NCBI GenBank assembly: GCA_951406725.2
Contig: OX597819.1
Span: 13,640,001-13,704,000 of the forward strand
Origin: Octopus vulgaris
Lineage: Eukaryota
Reading direction: 5' to 3'
DNA: 64,000 nucleotides
Position 1 is the stretch's first letter. Each line of letters opens with the position of its first letter. The position numbers and the translations under genes are program-made. Below are positions 13,229 to 26,400 of the stretch, piece by piece. Below the pieces are notes generated by a model. It searched no databases, had not been told where the DNA came from, and saw only the letters and a program-made list of their open reading frames with translations.

Positions 13229-13809
13229 TATTTATGTGATAAGGGACATAATTGTTAGGGCTTTTCTGTAATAGAACGTTAAATAATATTAGTTAAGTAG
13301 CTCATTGAAGATCAAATACGCAGAAGGAGTAAAAAATTAACTCCGAGTATTCAATGGATGTGATTAGACTCTACAATTCTAGGTTGGTGCCTTTTGTTGA
13401 GTACAACATCAATTTGTTAAGTAAAACAAAGCGAAAGAGGGCAAAAGACCAATTTACTGAGCAAAGCGACACAGTTCTATATGGAAAGCTGGGTTGTTCT
13501 AGTCTAAAGTTGAATTCGCCTGCTTTTTAGAACTTTAAACCGAAATTTCCAGAACCTTTGATTAAGCTGTTTGTCGGAAAAACTGACATCATTTCTTTGG
13601 AAGTTCTCTGCATCAACCATGACATGTCAGTCAGTGCTAATCGGCCAAGACATATGTGCTAATGTCTTTTATGGTGACACATTGCCATTTATTGTGGTAG
13701 GGTAGATTGTGACCCTGAGCTCGGAAAATATGAGGTGGCTTAAAACTCAACAGGAGCCTCACTATGTACGCAAACCATTTTACCAACATTCTTATAATAA
13801 TAATAATAA

Positions 13810-13938
13810 TTTCAAATTTTGGCACAAAGCCAGCAACTTCGGAAGAGGGGGTAAGTTGATTATATTGACCCCAGTGTTCAACTGGTGCTTATTTTAATCG
13901 ATCCCGAAAGGATGAAAGGCTAAATCGGTCTCGGCTGA

Positions 13939-13942
<4 letters not shown>
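13810..13942 (-). mobile_element. SINE C fragment (alternative tail)
   Basis: Meta-like body plus TGTGCCAAAATTTGAAA(TTA)n tail. Confidence 0.7.
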
Positions 13943-14024
<82 letters not shown>

Positions 14025-14034
14025 TATTATTATT

Positions 14035-14114
<80 letters not shown>

Positions 14115-14125
14115 TGATAATAATA
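13940..14125. repeat. (ATT)/(ATC)/(AAT) triplet array
   Basis: Direct inspection. Confidence 0.97.
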
Positions 14126-14255
14126 ACTGATTTGAAATGTTATCATGTACATTGTTTCGTCTTGGTATAAAAGATGGGCTACAGCAAATATTCTGCTCAA
14201 TACCACAGATTTGCTTGTCAGTTGGTTGACCTTAACCAGTTTGACCTTAACCAGT
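14125..14255 (+). mobile_element. Fragment of the LINE 3' UTR seen at 37565-38125
   Basis: Near identical to 37615-37730. Confidence 0.8.
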
Positions 14256-14289
14256 GCTAGGAGGGGACACACACACACATCACATGTGG

Positions 14290-14478
14290 ATCGTTGACGA
14301 TTTTATCCCCCCGTCTTCCTTTTCCCCGTCTCCTGTTTCTGATGAAGAGCTTTGCTCGAAACATAAAACTACCTTTCTTTCCTTTCCTAAGCATCTGCTA
14401 ATACTTTACATGTACCACATCCTCGCGTTGTTGTTTTTTTTTGTGTGTTTGTTCTTCGTTTATTTGGATTTTAGATAT
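14290..14478 (+). mobile_element. Penelope-like repeat carrying a hammerhead motif (14335-14369)
   Basis: gttt CTGATGA a gagc-ttt-gctc GAAA caTA aaac; an inverted paralog lies at 15058-15246. Confidence 0.65.
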
Positions 14479-14497
14479 GTGTGTGTGTGTGCGTGTG

Positions 14498-14559
<62 letters not shown>

Positions 14560-14690
14560 TGGCCGGCCTATGGGGTTACCCTGAGTTAACGTCTATAAAG
14601 TGATAAAGTGTTTACTTTACAGCATTATGGGTTCTCTAGCAAGTGACCTCTCTAGTAAATGGAGGAGGAAAAGACCCTTGTTACTCTATG

Positions 14691-14738
<48 letters not shown>

Positions 14739-14788
14739 GTATATACAAATTAAGATATGCAAATTAAGATATACAAATTTTCTTATTT

Positions 14789-14829
<41 letters not shown>

Positions 14830-14831
<2 letters not shown>

Positions 14832-14990
14832 GACGGGCTTATTTCAGTTTGTGTCTACCAAATCCACTCACAAGGCTTTGGTCGGCCCAAGGCTATAGTA
14901 GAAGACATTTACCCAAGATAACAAGCAGTGGGACTGAACCTTGAACCATGTGGTTGAGAAGCAAGCTTCCTACCAGAAATCCACTCCTGC
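14830..14990 (-). mobile_element. SINE A, 5' half
   Basis: Family match. Confidence 0.8.
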
Positions 14991-15057
14991 ACTTATATAT
15001 ACATACACACACACACACAGACACACACACACACACACATATATATATGTCATTAAT

Positions 15058-15245
15058 AGTTAATAAAAAGAAAAGGGAAAATGACAACAGGATAAAAAAA
15101 AACAACGCGAGGACGTGGTATTAATAAGACACCCACTCAGAGAAGGAAAGATAGGTAGTTTTACGTTTCGAGCAAAGCTCTTCTTCATAAACAGGAAACA
15201 GAGGAAAGTCCAAAAGAAAAGGAAGATGGAGGAAAAAAATCGCCA

Positions 15246-15246
<1 letters not shown>
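15058..15246 (-). mobile_element. Penelope-like repeat with hammerhead motif (15158-15192)
   Basis: Minus strand: gttt aTGAAGA a gagc-ttt-gctc GAAA cGTA aaac (C3 mutated). Confidence 0.6.
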
Positions 15247-15278
<32 letters not shown>

Positions 15279-15329
15279 TACATACATGCACACACACATA
15301 CATGCATTCATACATATATATATATATGT

Positions 15330-15532
15330 ATGTTTGTGTTTGTTCCCCCCTTCTATCGCTTGACAACCGATGCTAGTGTGTTTACGTCCCCGTACATTAG
15401 CGGTCCGGTAAAAAAGACCGATAGAATAAGAACTGGGCTTACAAAGAATAAATCCTGGAGTTGATTTGTTCGACTAAAGGCGGTGCTCCAGCATTACCGC
15501 AATCAAATGACTAAAACAAAATAAAAAAAGAA
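15330..15532 (+). mobile_element. SINE A, 3' half
   Basis: Family match. Confidence 0.8.
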
Positions 15533-15533
15533 T

Positions 15534-15590
<57 letters not shown>

Positions 15591-15678
15591 TATATTAATA
15601 GTAATGGTAAGACAACAAAAGAATGAAAGAGACCTCGATATTATGTAAATAGAGGAATTTATCTGTAAATGTAATATA

Positions 15679-15850
15679 TGACAATTATTCTGTTGCCATA
15701 ATAAAACTCCGAGTTTCGGACGTCGGGGCGGAATCCTGCTCCGGCATCTCTTCAGTTATCGAGGCAATCAAAACTGAAGAGATGCCGGTGCACGTTTCCG
15801 CCCCGACATCCGAAACTCGGAGTTTTATTATGGCAACCGAATAATTGTCA
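15679..15850. mobile_element. Palindromic Penelope-like fragment with a hammerhead motif on each arm
   Basis: Arms 15679-15757 and 15772-15850 each read aa CTGAAGA gatg...cc GAAA ctcggaGTT ttatt. Confidence 0.6.
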
Positions 15851-15864
15851 CATATTGACGATCG

Positions 15865-15905
<41 letters not shown>

Positions 15906-16057
15906 TTCATCAACAGCAGCAGCAGTAACAGTAGCAGTAACAACAGCACCAGTAACAACAACAGCAGTGGTATCACTCTTATATATTTCTTGCCAGACTG
16001 GAGTCTCAATCGTGGCCCCTGGTTTTAATTTATTAATATCAATTTCTACCCTTATTC

Positions 16058-16102
<45 letters not shown>

Positions 16103-16137
16103 GATAGAGAGGGAGAGACAGAGAGAGAGGGAGAGAC

Positions 16138-16182
<45 letters not shown>

Positions 16183-16199
16183 TAATAAAATATATTTAC

Positions 16200-16293
16200 C
16201 TGAATAACAATATACATCAGAATCTATCTCTAAATTTGATAATCCTGCAGACTCCATTGAGGTGAGTGTAGACGCACGCTTTATTAGTGGTTG

Positions 16294-16355
<62 letters not shown>

Positions 16356-16492
16356 GCGGTGGTGGCGGCGGTGTTGGTGGCGGCGGCGGTGGCGGTGGTC
16401 TTATGACGTCGTATTCTCTATGAGTAGGTAAGAGTAAATATTTTGGCAAACGGTAATTATTTGAGATGATGAAAATGTCATCTGTTTCTGTC
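16200..16492 (-). CDS. Candidate internal coding exon (low-complexity, Pro/Ser-rich), product unknown
   Basis: Acceptor-like gtaactcgtcttctatggctctctgcctgaAG, open frame TETDDIFIISNNYRLPKYLLLPTHREYDVIRPPP..SSS..QPLIKRASTLTSMESAGLSNLEIDSDVYCYS, donor CAG|GTAAAT. No homology recognised. Confidence 0.25.
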
Positions 16493-16642
16493 CTTCAGGC
16501 AGAGAGCCATAGAAGACGAGTTACTTGATAGCTTGGCAGAAATGTCTCAACGCGATTGAGACTCCAGTCTGACAAGAAAATATATATATAAGAGTGATGC
16601 CACTGCTGTTGTTGTTACTGCTACTGTTACTGCTGCTGCTGT

Positions 16643-16705
<63 letters not shown>

Positions 16706-16836
16706 CGATCGTCAATAATGCAAGAGGAGTTGGTTGTTACTAGACTACATACACTGTACTGACACAGCATTTGGCTGAAGGACCTCATTTAGTTGGCAAA
16801 CATCAGAGACAGAGAGAGGGGGGGAAGAGAGAGGGG

Positions 16837-16871
<35 letters not shown>

Positions 16872-16908
16872 AAGGAAGGAAGAAGATGAATTGCATCAAG
16901 AATTTGGA

Positions 16909-16944
<36 letters not shown>

Positions 16945-17080
16945 AGACGAGGAGAGAACAGACGAGACGCTGGGTGAAAGAGATGGAATTAGTGAACGAA
17001 AATTATAAAAAATGGAAGGAATGAAAGAATGGAAAGAAAGACGCAATGGAATTGTAATTAAAGGAAAGGTGAGAGAAAGA

Positions 17081-17120
<40 letters not shown>

Positions 17121-17884
17121 GGTGAGAAGAGAGAAGGAGGAGATAAGAATGGAGTGAGTCATTGAGAAGAAGTTTAGTTGTCTCGAATAGACACGAAGAA
17201 AACCTCGAAGTTTATATGCATAAGAGCGTGTGTGTGTATAGGTATATATGTATATAGGTGTGTATGTATGTATGTATGTGAAAAAAAAATGTGTATTGTA
17301 TTAGGTATTCTATATTGCTTGTGGTGCGGTGGGTAATGTCTAGGTGCGATGATAACCGATGAGGAAATGCAGCTGGAATATAAGACATTCAGAAGAGAGT
17401 CTGTGAGTGAAAATGATATTAAAAACAAATTAAACAGACGTCTCATGAGAAAGAGGACTGTCTTCTATTTTAATCCACACAAGAAATGTTAATGGGTACC
17501 TTTGGGTACATGAGGCTTTAGAACAAACGATGGCAGGTGGGTAGAGGCGTGGGAGGGGGGTTCTCACCAGTATGCGAAAGAGGGCTCACAATGTTTCCCA
17601 TTTTGTCTAGAATTTATTTTTTGTTTTAGTTATTGATTCTATGTATTTTCTTATTCTCTGCAATTATGGTTTTATTTTTAGCATAATCTCTTTTCTTGAT
17701 CCATCTTCCACTTCTCCCCCTCATCTTTAAACATTAAAATCTTACTGAGTTCTTGTTTGCTTGGCTTCCTTCCGATTTGAATAAAATAAAATCTCAGTCA
17801 GGATCTGGTAATCGTTTGTTTCCTCCACAAAAATCTATGGCGTTTGTGCCGCTCTTTTACAAATCATTACTATTTAGAATTATG

Positions 17885-19030
17885 CGCATCATAGCTTCGT
17901 TTCGCAAACGAATATCTATGAAGGGATTTTTCTATGTTAACTGCAAGCTCGCTGGTGGTTGACAAAGCTGATAAAAGGACAAGCAAACTTGCCTGTTGTG
18001 GTTGAGAGATAAATTTGTTCATAATTTCAGCCCTGCCTATGTTCTCAAAGGAGGAGACAGACGGATAAATGGAACCAAACCTAGTCATTATAGTCTAAAA
18101 TAATTCATTGGTGATGGTCACTGTAACATGCACCAAAGGATATCTTCACAGAATCATTGCATCTTTTCTTTTCGCGCTCCTTCGTCGCGATGGTCTCTGA
18201 ACAGATCTGCATTCAGTACAATCTTGATTATGCAGCTATCTTCCATTTTAGAAATCTGTCCTGCCCAGTACAGTTGAAACTTTAACAACGACGCTTCGAC
18301 GTTTGTGATTTTTGCCATTTCAGGGACTTGAATATTGCCAACAAAATTATGGCAGAGGGTGTTGAGGACAGTGCGAAGCAGCGCTAGTGGTGGTCGGTGC
18401 TCAAGGAGTTGTAATGACGTTAGGTAACTGATAACATGAAGCCAACAAGATCATGATCCATATATTGGCCTTTTACACGCTGATCTTGATACCTTTTCTC
18501 AGATGATCGTTGTTCTAGATTCTTCGTACAGTCTGACGAATGCCCTGTTTGTCTTTGCCAGTCTGTTGTCAAATTCACAATAGATTTCGCTATAATGTGC
18601 TGCACTTGGTTTAACTGATTGACTGCCTTCAAACCTGACTCACTGATAGAGAGGATGGTAATCTTCCTGAGATGTCGGATGGGTTATAACTTCTGATTTC
18701 CAGTCCAAAGAGTTCGGTAGCCTCTGCAAAGTAGGATGTTACGCGTTGCAAGTTTGATTCTAGGCGGGCAACAAGTTCAGCATGCCCGGCAAAGAGTAGC
18801 ACCAGGGTTTGCCATTCCACAGGTTTGCCATCCCACGGTAGAACTGCTGTAGCCTCAAGCTGAACAGGCTGCTATTGTTGCGGGATTGGATATAGAGACC
18901 ATCGTCCACATCGAAATATTTTGTGGCCTTCACAAGCTTTATGCAGAACTCCAGCCTGCATCGTTCCACAGGCCACGTTTGCTCACGGTGCCGAACGGCA
19001 TTGCAATGTGTACAAATATCACGTGCAAAT
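17885..19030 (-). pseudogene. RTE-clade LINE 3' fragment (decayed reverse transcriptase)
   Basis: Frameshifted motifs DGLYIQSRNNSSLFSLR, LLFAGHAELVA..LQRVTSYFAEATELFGLE, LLKFQLYWAGQISKMED and C-terminal NHQRAC. Confidence 0.85.
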
Positions 19031-19951
19031 ATCTTCTGAATGTCTTATATTCCAGCTGCATTTCCTCATCGGTTATCATCGCACCTAGACATTATCCACC
19101 GCACCACAAGCAATATAGAATACCCAATACAATACACATTTTTTTCCACATACATATATACACACCTATATACATACATACACACCTATATACATACATA
19201 CCTATACACACACGCGCTTATGCATATAAACTTCGAGGTTTTCTTCGTGTCTATTCGAGACAACCAAACTTCTTCTCAATGACTCACTCCATTCTTGTTC
19301 TGTTCCCTAGATTTCACTTGGAGCTGCCTAAAAACTGATACTACGTAGGTAGTGGCTCTATGGACTTCCACTCCACATTGGATCCCTGGGAAGTGTTCTT
19401 TTGCAATGAATGGCACCACTTAGTTCAGGAGTATTCTTGCAACAATGAAGAACAGAGTTATGCGCCAATATTTGGAGCACCTTTCTTCTTGTGTGGGGTG
19501 ATGACACATCGGTACAAAATCAAATTAAAATTTAGAGATTACGGAGACGTAAGTTCGAATCTTGCTGATGAGGGTTTTACCTTTCATTCATCCTGGGTCG
19601 ATAATATAAAGTGTCAATCCAATATTTTATAGTCGATTTAAGCGATCGTCTCATCTCCATTAAACTCCATGTTATTACTTTAATAGAATAGAAACTATTG
19701 TTAAACAGTTAGATTTTCATTTAAGCTACATGTGTAAGCTTTTAGAGAAGTGAAGGTCTGGTTAAATCCTATGAGTTAATAGAGGGGAAATTAGACACCC
19801 AAGCAAGGTCAATGAACAACTGTGTTATTTATTAAACCTAGATAAATAATCTCCAGAAACACGGGTTAGCGTTGGGCGTCGCAGCTCCGGAGCTGAAAGA
19901 TGGGAGAAAAGCGGTCGCTTCGTTTGGTTGTGGCTTAATGCGGGTGCGAGT

Positions 19952-19986
<35 letters not shown>

Positions 19987-20127
19987 TTTATATAGTGTAC
20001 ACGTTTATGTGTACACCTAGAAAGTTCAGTCTCCTACAAACATGTACCACCACTCCTAAAAACACACACATGCAAACACTCTATACACGTCTGCTGCTTG
20101 TGTGTGTGTGTGCATGTGTATGCATAT

Positions 20128-20180
<53 letters not shown>

Positions 20181-20197
20181 AATATATATATATAATA

Positions 20198-20250
<53 letters not shown>

Positions 20251-20463
20251 CATATATATATATATATATATACGTGTGTGTGTGTGTAATCGATATATGT
20301 TTTAATGTATGTATGTATGTATGTATGCATGTATGTATGTGTATGTGTGTGTGTATGTATGTTTATATATTACTTCCACAAATACTATACCGGCCTCGTA
20401 ACGATTACCAAATAAATTAACCTGCGTATGTGCGTCTATGAATGTGTGTGAGTGTGTGTGTGT

Positions 20464-20513
<50 letters not shown>

Positions 20514-20732
20514 ATACGTGAGTAAATGAATGAATGAATTGTAGGAAGAGTGTGTGATGGCGCGTATGAGACCCAGTTCGCCATAATCCGTTAATAAGCA
20601 AGAGCTAACGTGTCCAGTCAAGCGTGCGATAATCTCCTCCGTAATTATCACTCCGCTTATTTCATTGTCACTGACCGACATCCAATCAAACATTACAGGA
20701 CGGAACGTTAAATCCATCTTTGCGGTTGGTTT

Positions 20733-20782
<50 letters not shown>

Positions 20783-20819
20783 ATGCAAGTATTATTTTTA
20801 TTACATCATCATCAACATC

Positions 20820-21260
20820 GCCACCACCACCACCACCAAAACCACCACCACCACCATCACCACCACCACCACCACCACCACCACCACCACCACCACCAGC
20901 ATCATCACCACCACCACCACCACCACTACCACCACCAGTATCACCACCACCACCACCAACATCACCATCACCACCACCACCAGCAACACCACCACCACCG
21001 CCACCACCACCACCACCACCAGCATCACCACCACCAGCATCACCACCACCACACCTCCTCCTCCACCACCACCACCACCACCACCACAACCCCCACCACC
21101 ACCATCACCACCACCGCCGCCGCAGCCACCAGCCACCATCACCACCACCACACCTCCTCCTCCTCCACCACCACCACCAGCATCACCACCACCACCACCA
21201 CCACCCACCACCACCACCACCACCATCACCACCACCACCACCACTACCAACACCAACACC
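20820..21260. repeat. (CCA)n degenerate triplet array
   Basis: Direct inspection; another (CCA)n lies at 22703-22860. Confidence 0.97.
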
Positions 21261-21302
21261 ATAACACTGAATGCTGTGTGTAGTTATTGCATACACATGT
21301 AC

Positions 21303-21350
<48 letters not shown>

Positions 21351-21633
21351 GTTTCAGATATTTCTTTGCAAAGACATTTTAATCGAGTAGCAAACGGCTT
21401 AGCCAGCAGTGTGTGCGCGCACACACTCACACACATATGCACACACATGCAAAGAAGCTGAAAATATAGAAAAATACTTATATATATACATAAAAAACTA
21501 GAGCGTAATAATGTTTTCAATCTATCATGCTTAAAGAATTTGTTCCATATTACACACACACACACACACACACATACACGCATCTAATTATATACAGAAT
21601 ATGCTTTATAAATATATATATATACATACATAC

Positions 21634-21669
<36 letters not shown>

Positions 21670-21726
21670 ATACATACATACATACACACATACATACATA
21701 CATACATACATACATACATACATACA

Positions 21727-21757
<31 letters not shown>

Positions 21758-21826
21758 GCGCATGTGAGTCCGCTATGTCGTAAAATATATCATTCTAGTA
21801 CTTAGATTTATTGCAGCTTCGTTGGA

Positions 21827-21965
<139 letters not shown>

Positions 21966-23673
21966 TGAGAGGCGTTTTGAAAGGAAATATTTTTAATAAG
22001 GTTGTTTAGAATATTTTGCGGTTGGTTAGAGTGTCTACGTATGTAACGAAGTGAATGATTATGTTTTTCGAAAGGAGAGACCTGAAAAATTGAAAGTCGG
22101 ATCAAAAAAATGACAATCTAGATGTCGTGGACGTTGGACGGATGGACTGGTGAAATTGTTCTGGGTCTGGTTTGGTCCCGATGTCCAGGCGGAGAACAAC
22201 CTAGACGAAGTAATGAGCTGAGGCCAGTCTCGTCCGAAAATGTACAGTAAGGAAGCTATCTTCGAAGAGGGTAGAGGTGGCGAATGTGTACATCATCTAA
22301 CCGTCGTGCTTTGTCTCAGTTCACGTCTGACCGGACTGGGCAGTGTCACATATTTCTGCAACACTGAGATCCCAAGCACAGCAATATAATAAGAAAGAAT
22401 CATCCACACCGATGTCACCACCGATTTGAGAGACGTCGAACGAATGTCCACCCGCAAAACAAATGGTTTTCAAGCTCAACACAAAAATACAAACACAAAC
22501 CAAGTAAATGACAAAGGGACAGAGTCACGATCAAGTAACTTCCATTCTGCAAATTCTCTTCTTCTTACATTTCGTCATACAACGAGAAGAAAAAGAAGGA
22601 CTTTGGCTGAAGCCGTGGCGGAGGGAAAATGTGAAGGGAGAAAACTAACAACAGAACACTGAAGGCGGGAAGGTTCGACGAGATATTGAAGAACCTGGCA
22701 CAACCACCACCACCACCACCACCACCACCACCACCACCACCACCACCACCACCACCACCACCACCACCACCACTACCACCACTACCACCACCATATCGCC
22801 ATCAGCACATCGACACCATCGTTTTTACCACCACTACCACCACTACCACCACCACCAACAACAAATAATGATTTCATCAGCAAGATCCATAAATGGCAGT
22901 CCTCAGTTTGACTGTGGTAAATAACAACAGCAATGAACTGATGAAATATATTGCACGAAAAGAAAAAGGCAGAAGAAAAAGAGAAAGGTCTTTCGAGAGC
23001 TTATTCGCCAAACATCGTTTTATTAGACTCCTGTTGAAACGTTATCATAAGGCTTTATGACCGTAGAAAAAGGCTTTCTATGTGATGTAGAAATGTTCTG
23101 ATAGAGTAGAGAAGAACCTGTTGGAAGGACTTTTCAAAGAAGCACCCCACCCTCCAAGAAGACTGGCTTATTTGTTCTTCGAAACTTAGCATAGTTATAG
23201 CCGGAGGAGAAAGTGAAGACAAAAAAATCAATTCCGTTGTCTCTGAGACTAGAACTTTGGTATAACTGATGGTCATCTGCAAACAGGTACAAAATCTTCA
23301 TGAGACCGTCACACATTTAAAAGCTGAGCTTTCTGGCCTGAACCACCAAATATATTACCCTTGTTTCCTCCGTTCAACATGGCCAAGCGAAGAGTAAGTT
23401 CTATGAAAATGCCAAGAGCCGGACTGAAATCAAAATTATTTCATGACCCGGGTAACTGGATTTGAGTGTGGTGATCATCATTAAGACCAAGATATCCTGC
23501 GCATAGTCATTAACGGTTTTTTTTTCCTGTGAAGGCAATGATTTATACGCGTATTTCGACATATTGGAACGGCAGAGTTGTTTCTGAATGATCTTAATAT
23601 TAATGTTCGGATGACCTTCCTGGACTCGGTTGTCCGAATCTGAACGGTGAAGAAGGAGTGTTAGAAACAAGTA

Positions 23674-24692
23674 CAGTGATCCCTCGTTTATCGCGGTAGT
23701 TTGGTTCCGAGACCGACCGCGATAACTGAATTTCCGCGAAGTAGAGATACCATATTTACAGTATTTATTTAACGTGTATTTGGACTTTTAAAACCCTCCC
23801 CTGTACTGTTAACAACCCACCCATTACAGTAGTCTATTAATAACAAGGACGACTGTTAAGCAATGACACTTTAGATTTAAAAAAATAATAAAGTTTGTTA
23901 CTGGATGGAGGCACTCCGTCGGTTACGACGACGAGGGTTCCGGTTGATCCGATCAACGGAACAGCCTGCTCGTGAAATTAACGTGTAAGTGGCTGAGCAC
24001 TCCACAGACATGTGTACCCCTAACGTAGTTCTCGGGGATATTCAGCGTGACACAGAGAGTGACAAGGCCGGCTCTTTGAAGTACAGGTACAACAGAAACA
24101 GGAAGTAAGAGTGAGAGAAAGTTGTGGTGAAAGAGTACAGCAGGGATCACCACCATCCCTGCCGGAGCCTCGTGGAGCTTTAGGTGTTTTCGCTCAATAA
24201 ACACTCACAACGCCCGGTCTGGGAATCGAAACCGCGATCCTATGACCGCGAGTCCGCTGCCCTAACCACTGGGCCATTGCGCCTCCACTAAAGTTTGTTA
24301 CTGTACTCAACACGAAAGAAGTTGAAGTAAAATTTGAATGATGATGGTGATGAATTTGCTGCGCAGTAGAAATTATGATGATGAAGCGACGGCGGTGCCC
24401 TTTCCTGGGACACCTCTTCCACTTCTTCCGAAGGTGCAACCGTAGTAGTAGCAGCAGGAACTGGCTCTTTTTTGCGAAGCTGCAAAAGCATTGTGATAGG
24501 AAGTTGCTGCCGCTGCTTCTTTTTCTGTTCAAAGAGCATCTTGTAGGGATTCATGACTTCGTCGGCCTTATTGCGAAATTACACAGAACGAACCATATCG
24601 TCGTCCCATTCCTGTTCACATATATATATTTTTAAAATCCGTGAAGTCGTGAATCCGCGATAGTTGAACCGCGAAGTAGCGAGGGATCACTG
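23674..24692 (-). mobile_element. Non-autonomous pogo/Tigger-like DNA transposon
   Basis: TA|CAGTGATCCCTCG ... CGAGGGATCACTG|TA. The minus strand retains a Tigger-like C-terminus, MNPYKMLFEQKKKQRQQLPITM. Confidence 0.82.
23904..24288 (-). mobile_element. SINE family B (OR1-like) with 15-bp TSD
   Basis: tRNA-like head GGAGGCGCAATGGCCCAGTGGTTAGGGC..GGTTTCGATTCCC; TSD TAAAGTTTGTTACTG at 23889-23903 and 24289-24303. Confidence 0.92.
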
Positions 24693-25051
24693 TAGTCGTT
24701 TAAGTCACGACTTAGGCAGGGAGAAGACATTCTTCTCATCAGTGCTTGAATGGCACCTTAAAAGCACACTGGAATGGCACCTTAAAAGCACACTGGGCAC
24801 ATCCGCCATGAGATGGAGTGTAAAAGCCTCGCAACCATGCTCAAACGTATCCAACTGTCAGACATCATTTGACATGATTTCCCAAATGTGTCAAAGTAGA
24901 CGTGGGCATACTGCTCCGGGTCATCTGTAACTAGATAAAGCATTTGCTCGATCGGCGGACATCCATCGCATAAGAGTCCATAAAAATTTCTGCTGATTGG
25001 TTTCACTGACCAAAAGTCTGTGATCTGTACATTCAACATAGATATAGAGAT

Positions 25052-25431
25052 TGGTTGTTGGAAGCACTCTGTCGGTTACGACGATGAGGGTTCCGGTTGA
25101 TCCGATCAACGGAACAGCCTGCTCGTGAAATTAACGTGTAAGTGGCTGAGCACTCCACAGACACGTGTACCCTTAACGTAGTTCTCGGGGATATTCAGCG
25201 TGACACAGAGAGTGACAAGGCCGGCCCTTTGAAATACAGGTACAACAGAAACAGGAAGAAAGAGTGAGAGAAAGTTGTGGTGAAAGAGTACAGCAGGGAT
25301 CACCACCATCCCTGCCGGAGCCTCGTGGAGCTTCAGGTGTTTTCGCTCAATAAACACTCACAACGCCCGGTCTGGGAATCGAAACCGCGATTCTACGACC
25401 GCGAGTCCGCTGCCCTAACCACTGGGCCATT
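25052..25431 (-). mobile_element. SINE family B with 11-bp TSD
   Basis: TSD GATATAGAGAT at 25041-25051 and 25432-25442. Confidence 0.92.
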
Positions 25432-25444
25432 GATATAGAGATAA

Positions 25445-26400
25445 AGGTTCGATTACTGGAAGCAGAGTGTATCGCTTCCAGTACAGAAAGCCTATGGTGA
25501 CCGAGTCACTGAACAAGTTAAACAGAAGCTAACGGGAGTGACCACCAACAGCCAGAGGCAAATCCCTTTGAAGATGGCTATTATTGTAGAATCGATAAGT
25601 TACAGTGAAGTAGTGACAGAAAACAGATTAGTACGCTACTGAGGAATGGCACATAGAACATAAAGAAGGGTGACACCATCGACTATTTTGCCAAATAACT
25701 TTGGCCAAGGTTCTTGTAAAGAGAATGGCACTTGTAAATGGTAATGTTATTTGGAGTACTTAAACCTGTAAGATTGTTGGTAGGTCTCTTTACGAAAACT
25801 TCCACCTCTTGTGATACACCATAGAAGCAATGGGTTACGAATCTGGCTTCAATGGAGCTCTGATCCACTTCGATCATTCTAAGGCCTTCAGGACACTTGC
25901 TTCAGCAAAAAAAGGCAGCTGCTCAGTGGTTAGACTTTAAATAACCACCGAACAAAATCATTTCGAATGACCCACTCAGTTCGTCGAAGATGTCCTCTCT
26001 TATTTGCCACTACACTCTCGGGCCATTACTGCGGAAGTTAGAGGCGCCGAAGAATGTCGTGTCAGTGACGTAGTGTCAGATATCACGAAAATCGAAACGG
26101 TCGGTACCGGGTGAAAAGAATACGAGACGGTAACAGAAAAATGCATCTCGTAAGAGGGCCTGCAGCTCGGCCATTGGAAAAGGCAAATTCATGCTGGCCA
26201 GTATCATGGAATGCAGGGCAAAAGATCCTTCGAAACTGCTTGCATCCAGGCCACAAAGTGATTAGTAACTGGGACGGCTTTACAAGGAAGGTGGTAAATC
26301 TCATCCAGAAGTGGAATCGACTGAGCCAACCACCCTAGAATTGCCGCTTCTTATGTCAACATTCGAAAAATTATTTTATTTGCTTATGTTTTTTAATTGT
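25445..26400 (+). pseudogene. Decayed Tx1/L1-clade LINE reverse transcriptase remnant
   Basis: LAKVLVKRMALV..GRSLYENFHLL*YTIE..GALIHFDHSKAF and SVRRRCPL (compare RQGCPLS); many stops and frameshifts. Confidence 0.65.

Noticed and set aside
20665-21283. Poly-Pro/poly-His ORFs resembling extensin or His-rich proteins
   Set aside because: A (CCA)n array is open in several frames on both strands; there is no splice or domain support.
22290-22470. Minus-strand frame with a hydrophobic stretch (VWMILSYYIAVLGISVL)
   Set aside because: It is short, bounded by stops, has no usable in-frame acceptor and no recognised homology.
23134-23316. ORF containing LFADD (RT-like motif)
   Set aside because: No other RT motifs flank it in that orientation; treated as chance or unassignable relic.
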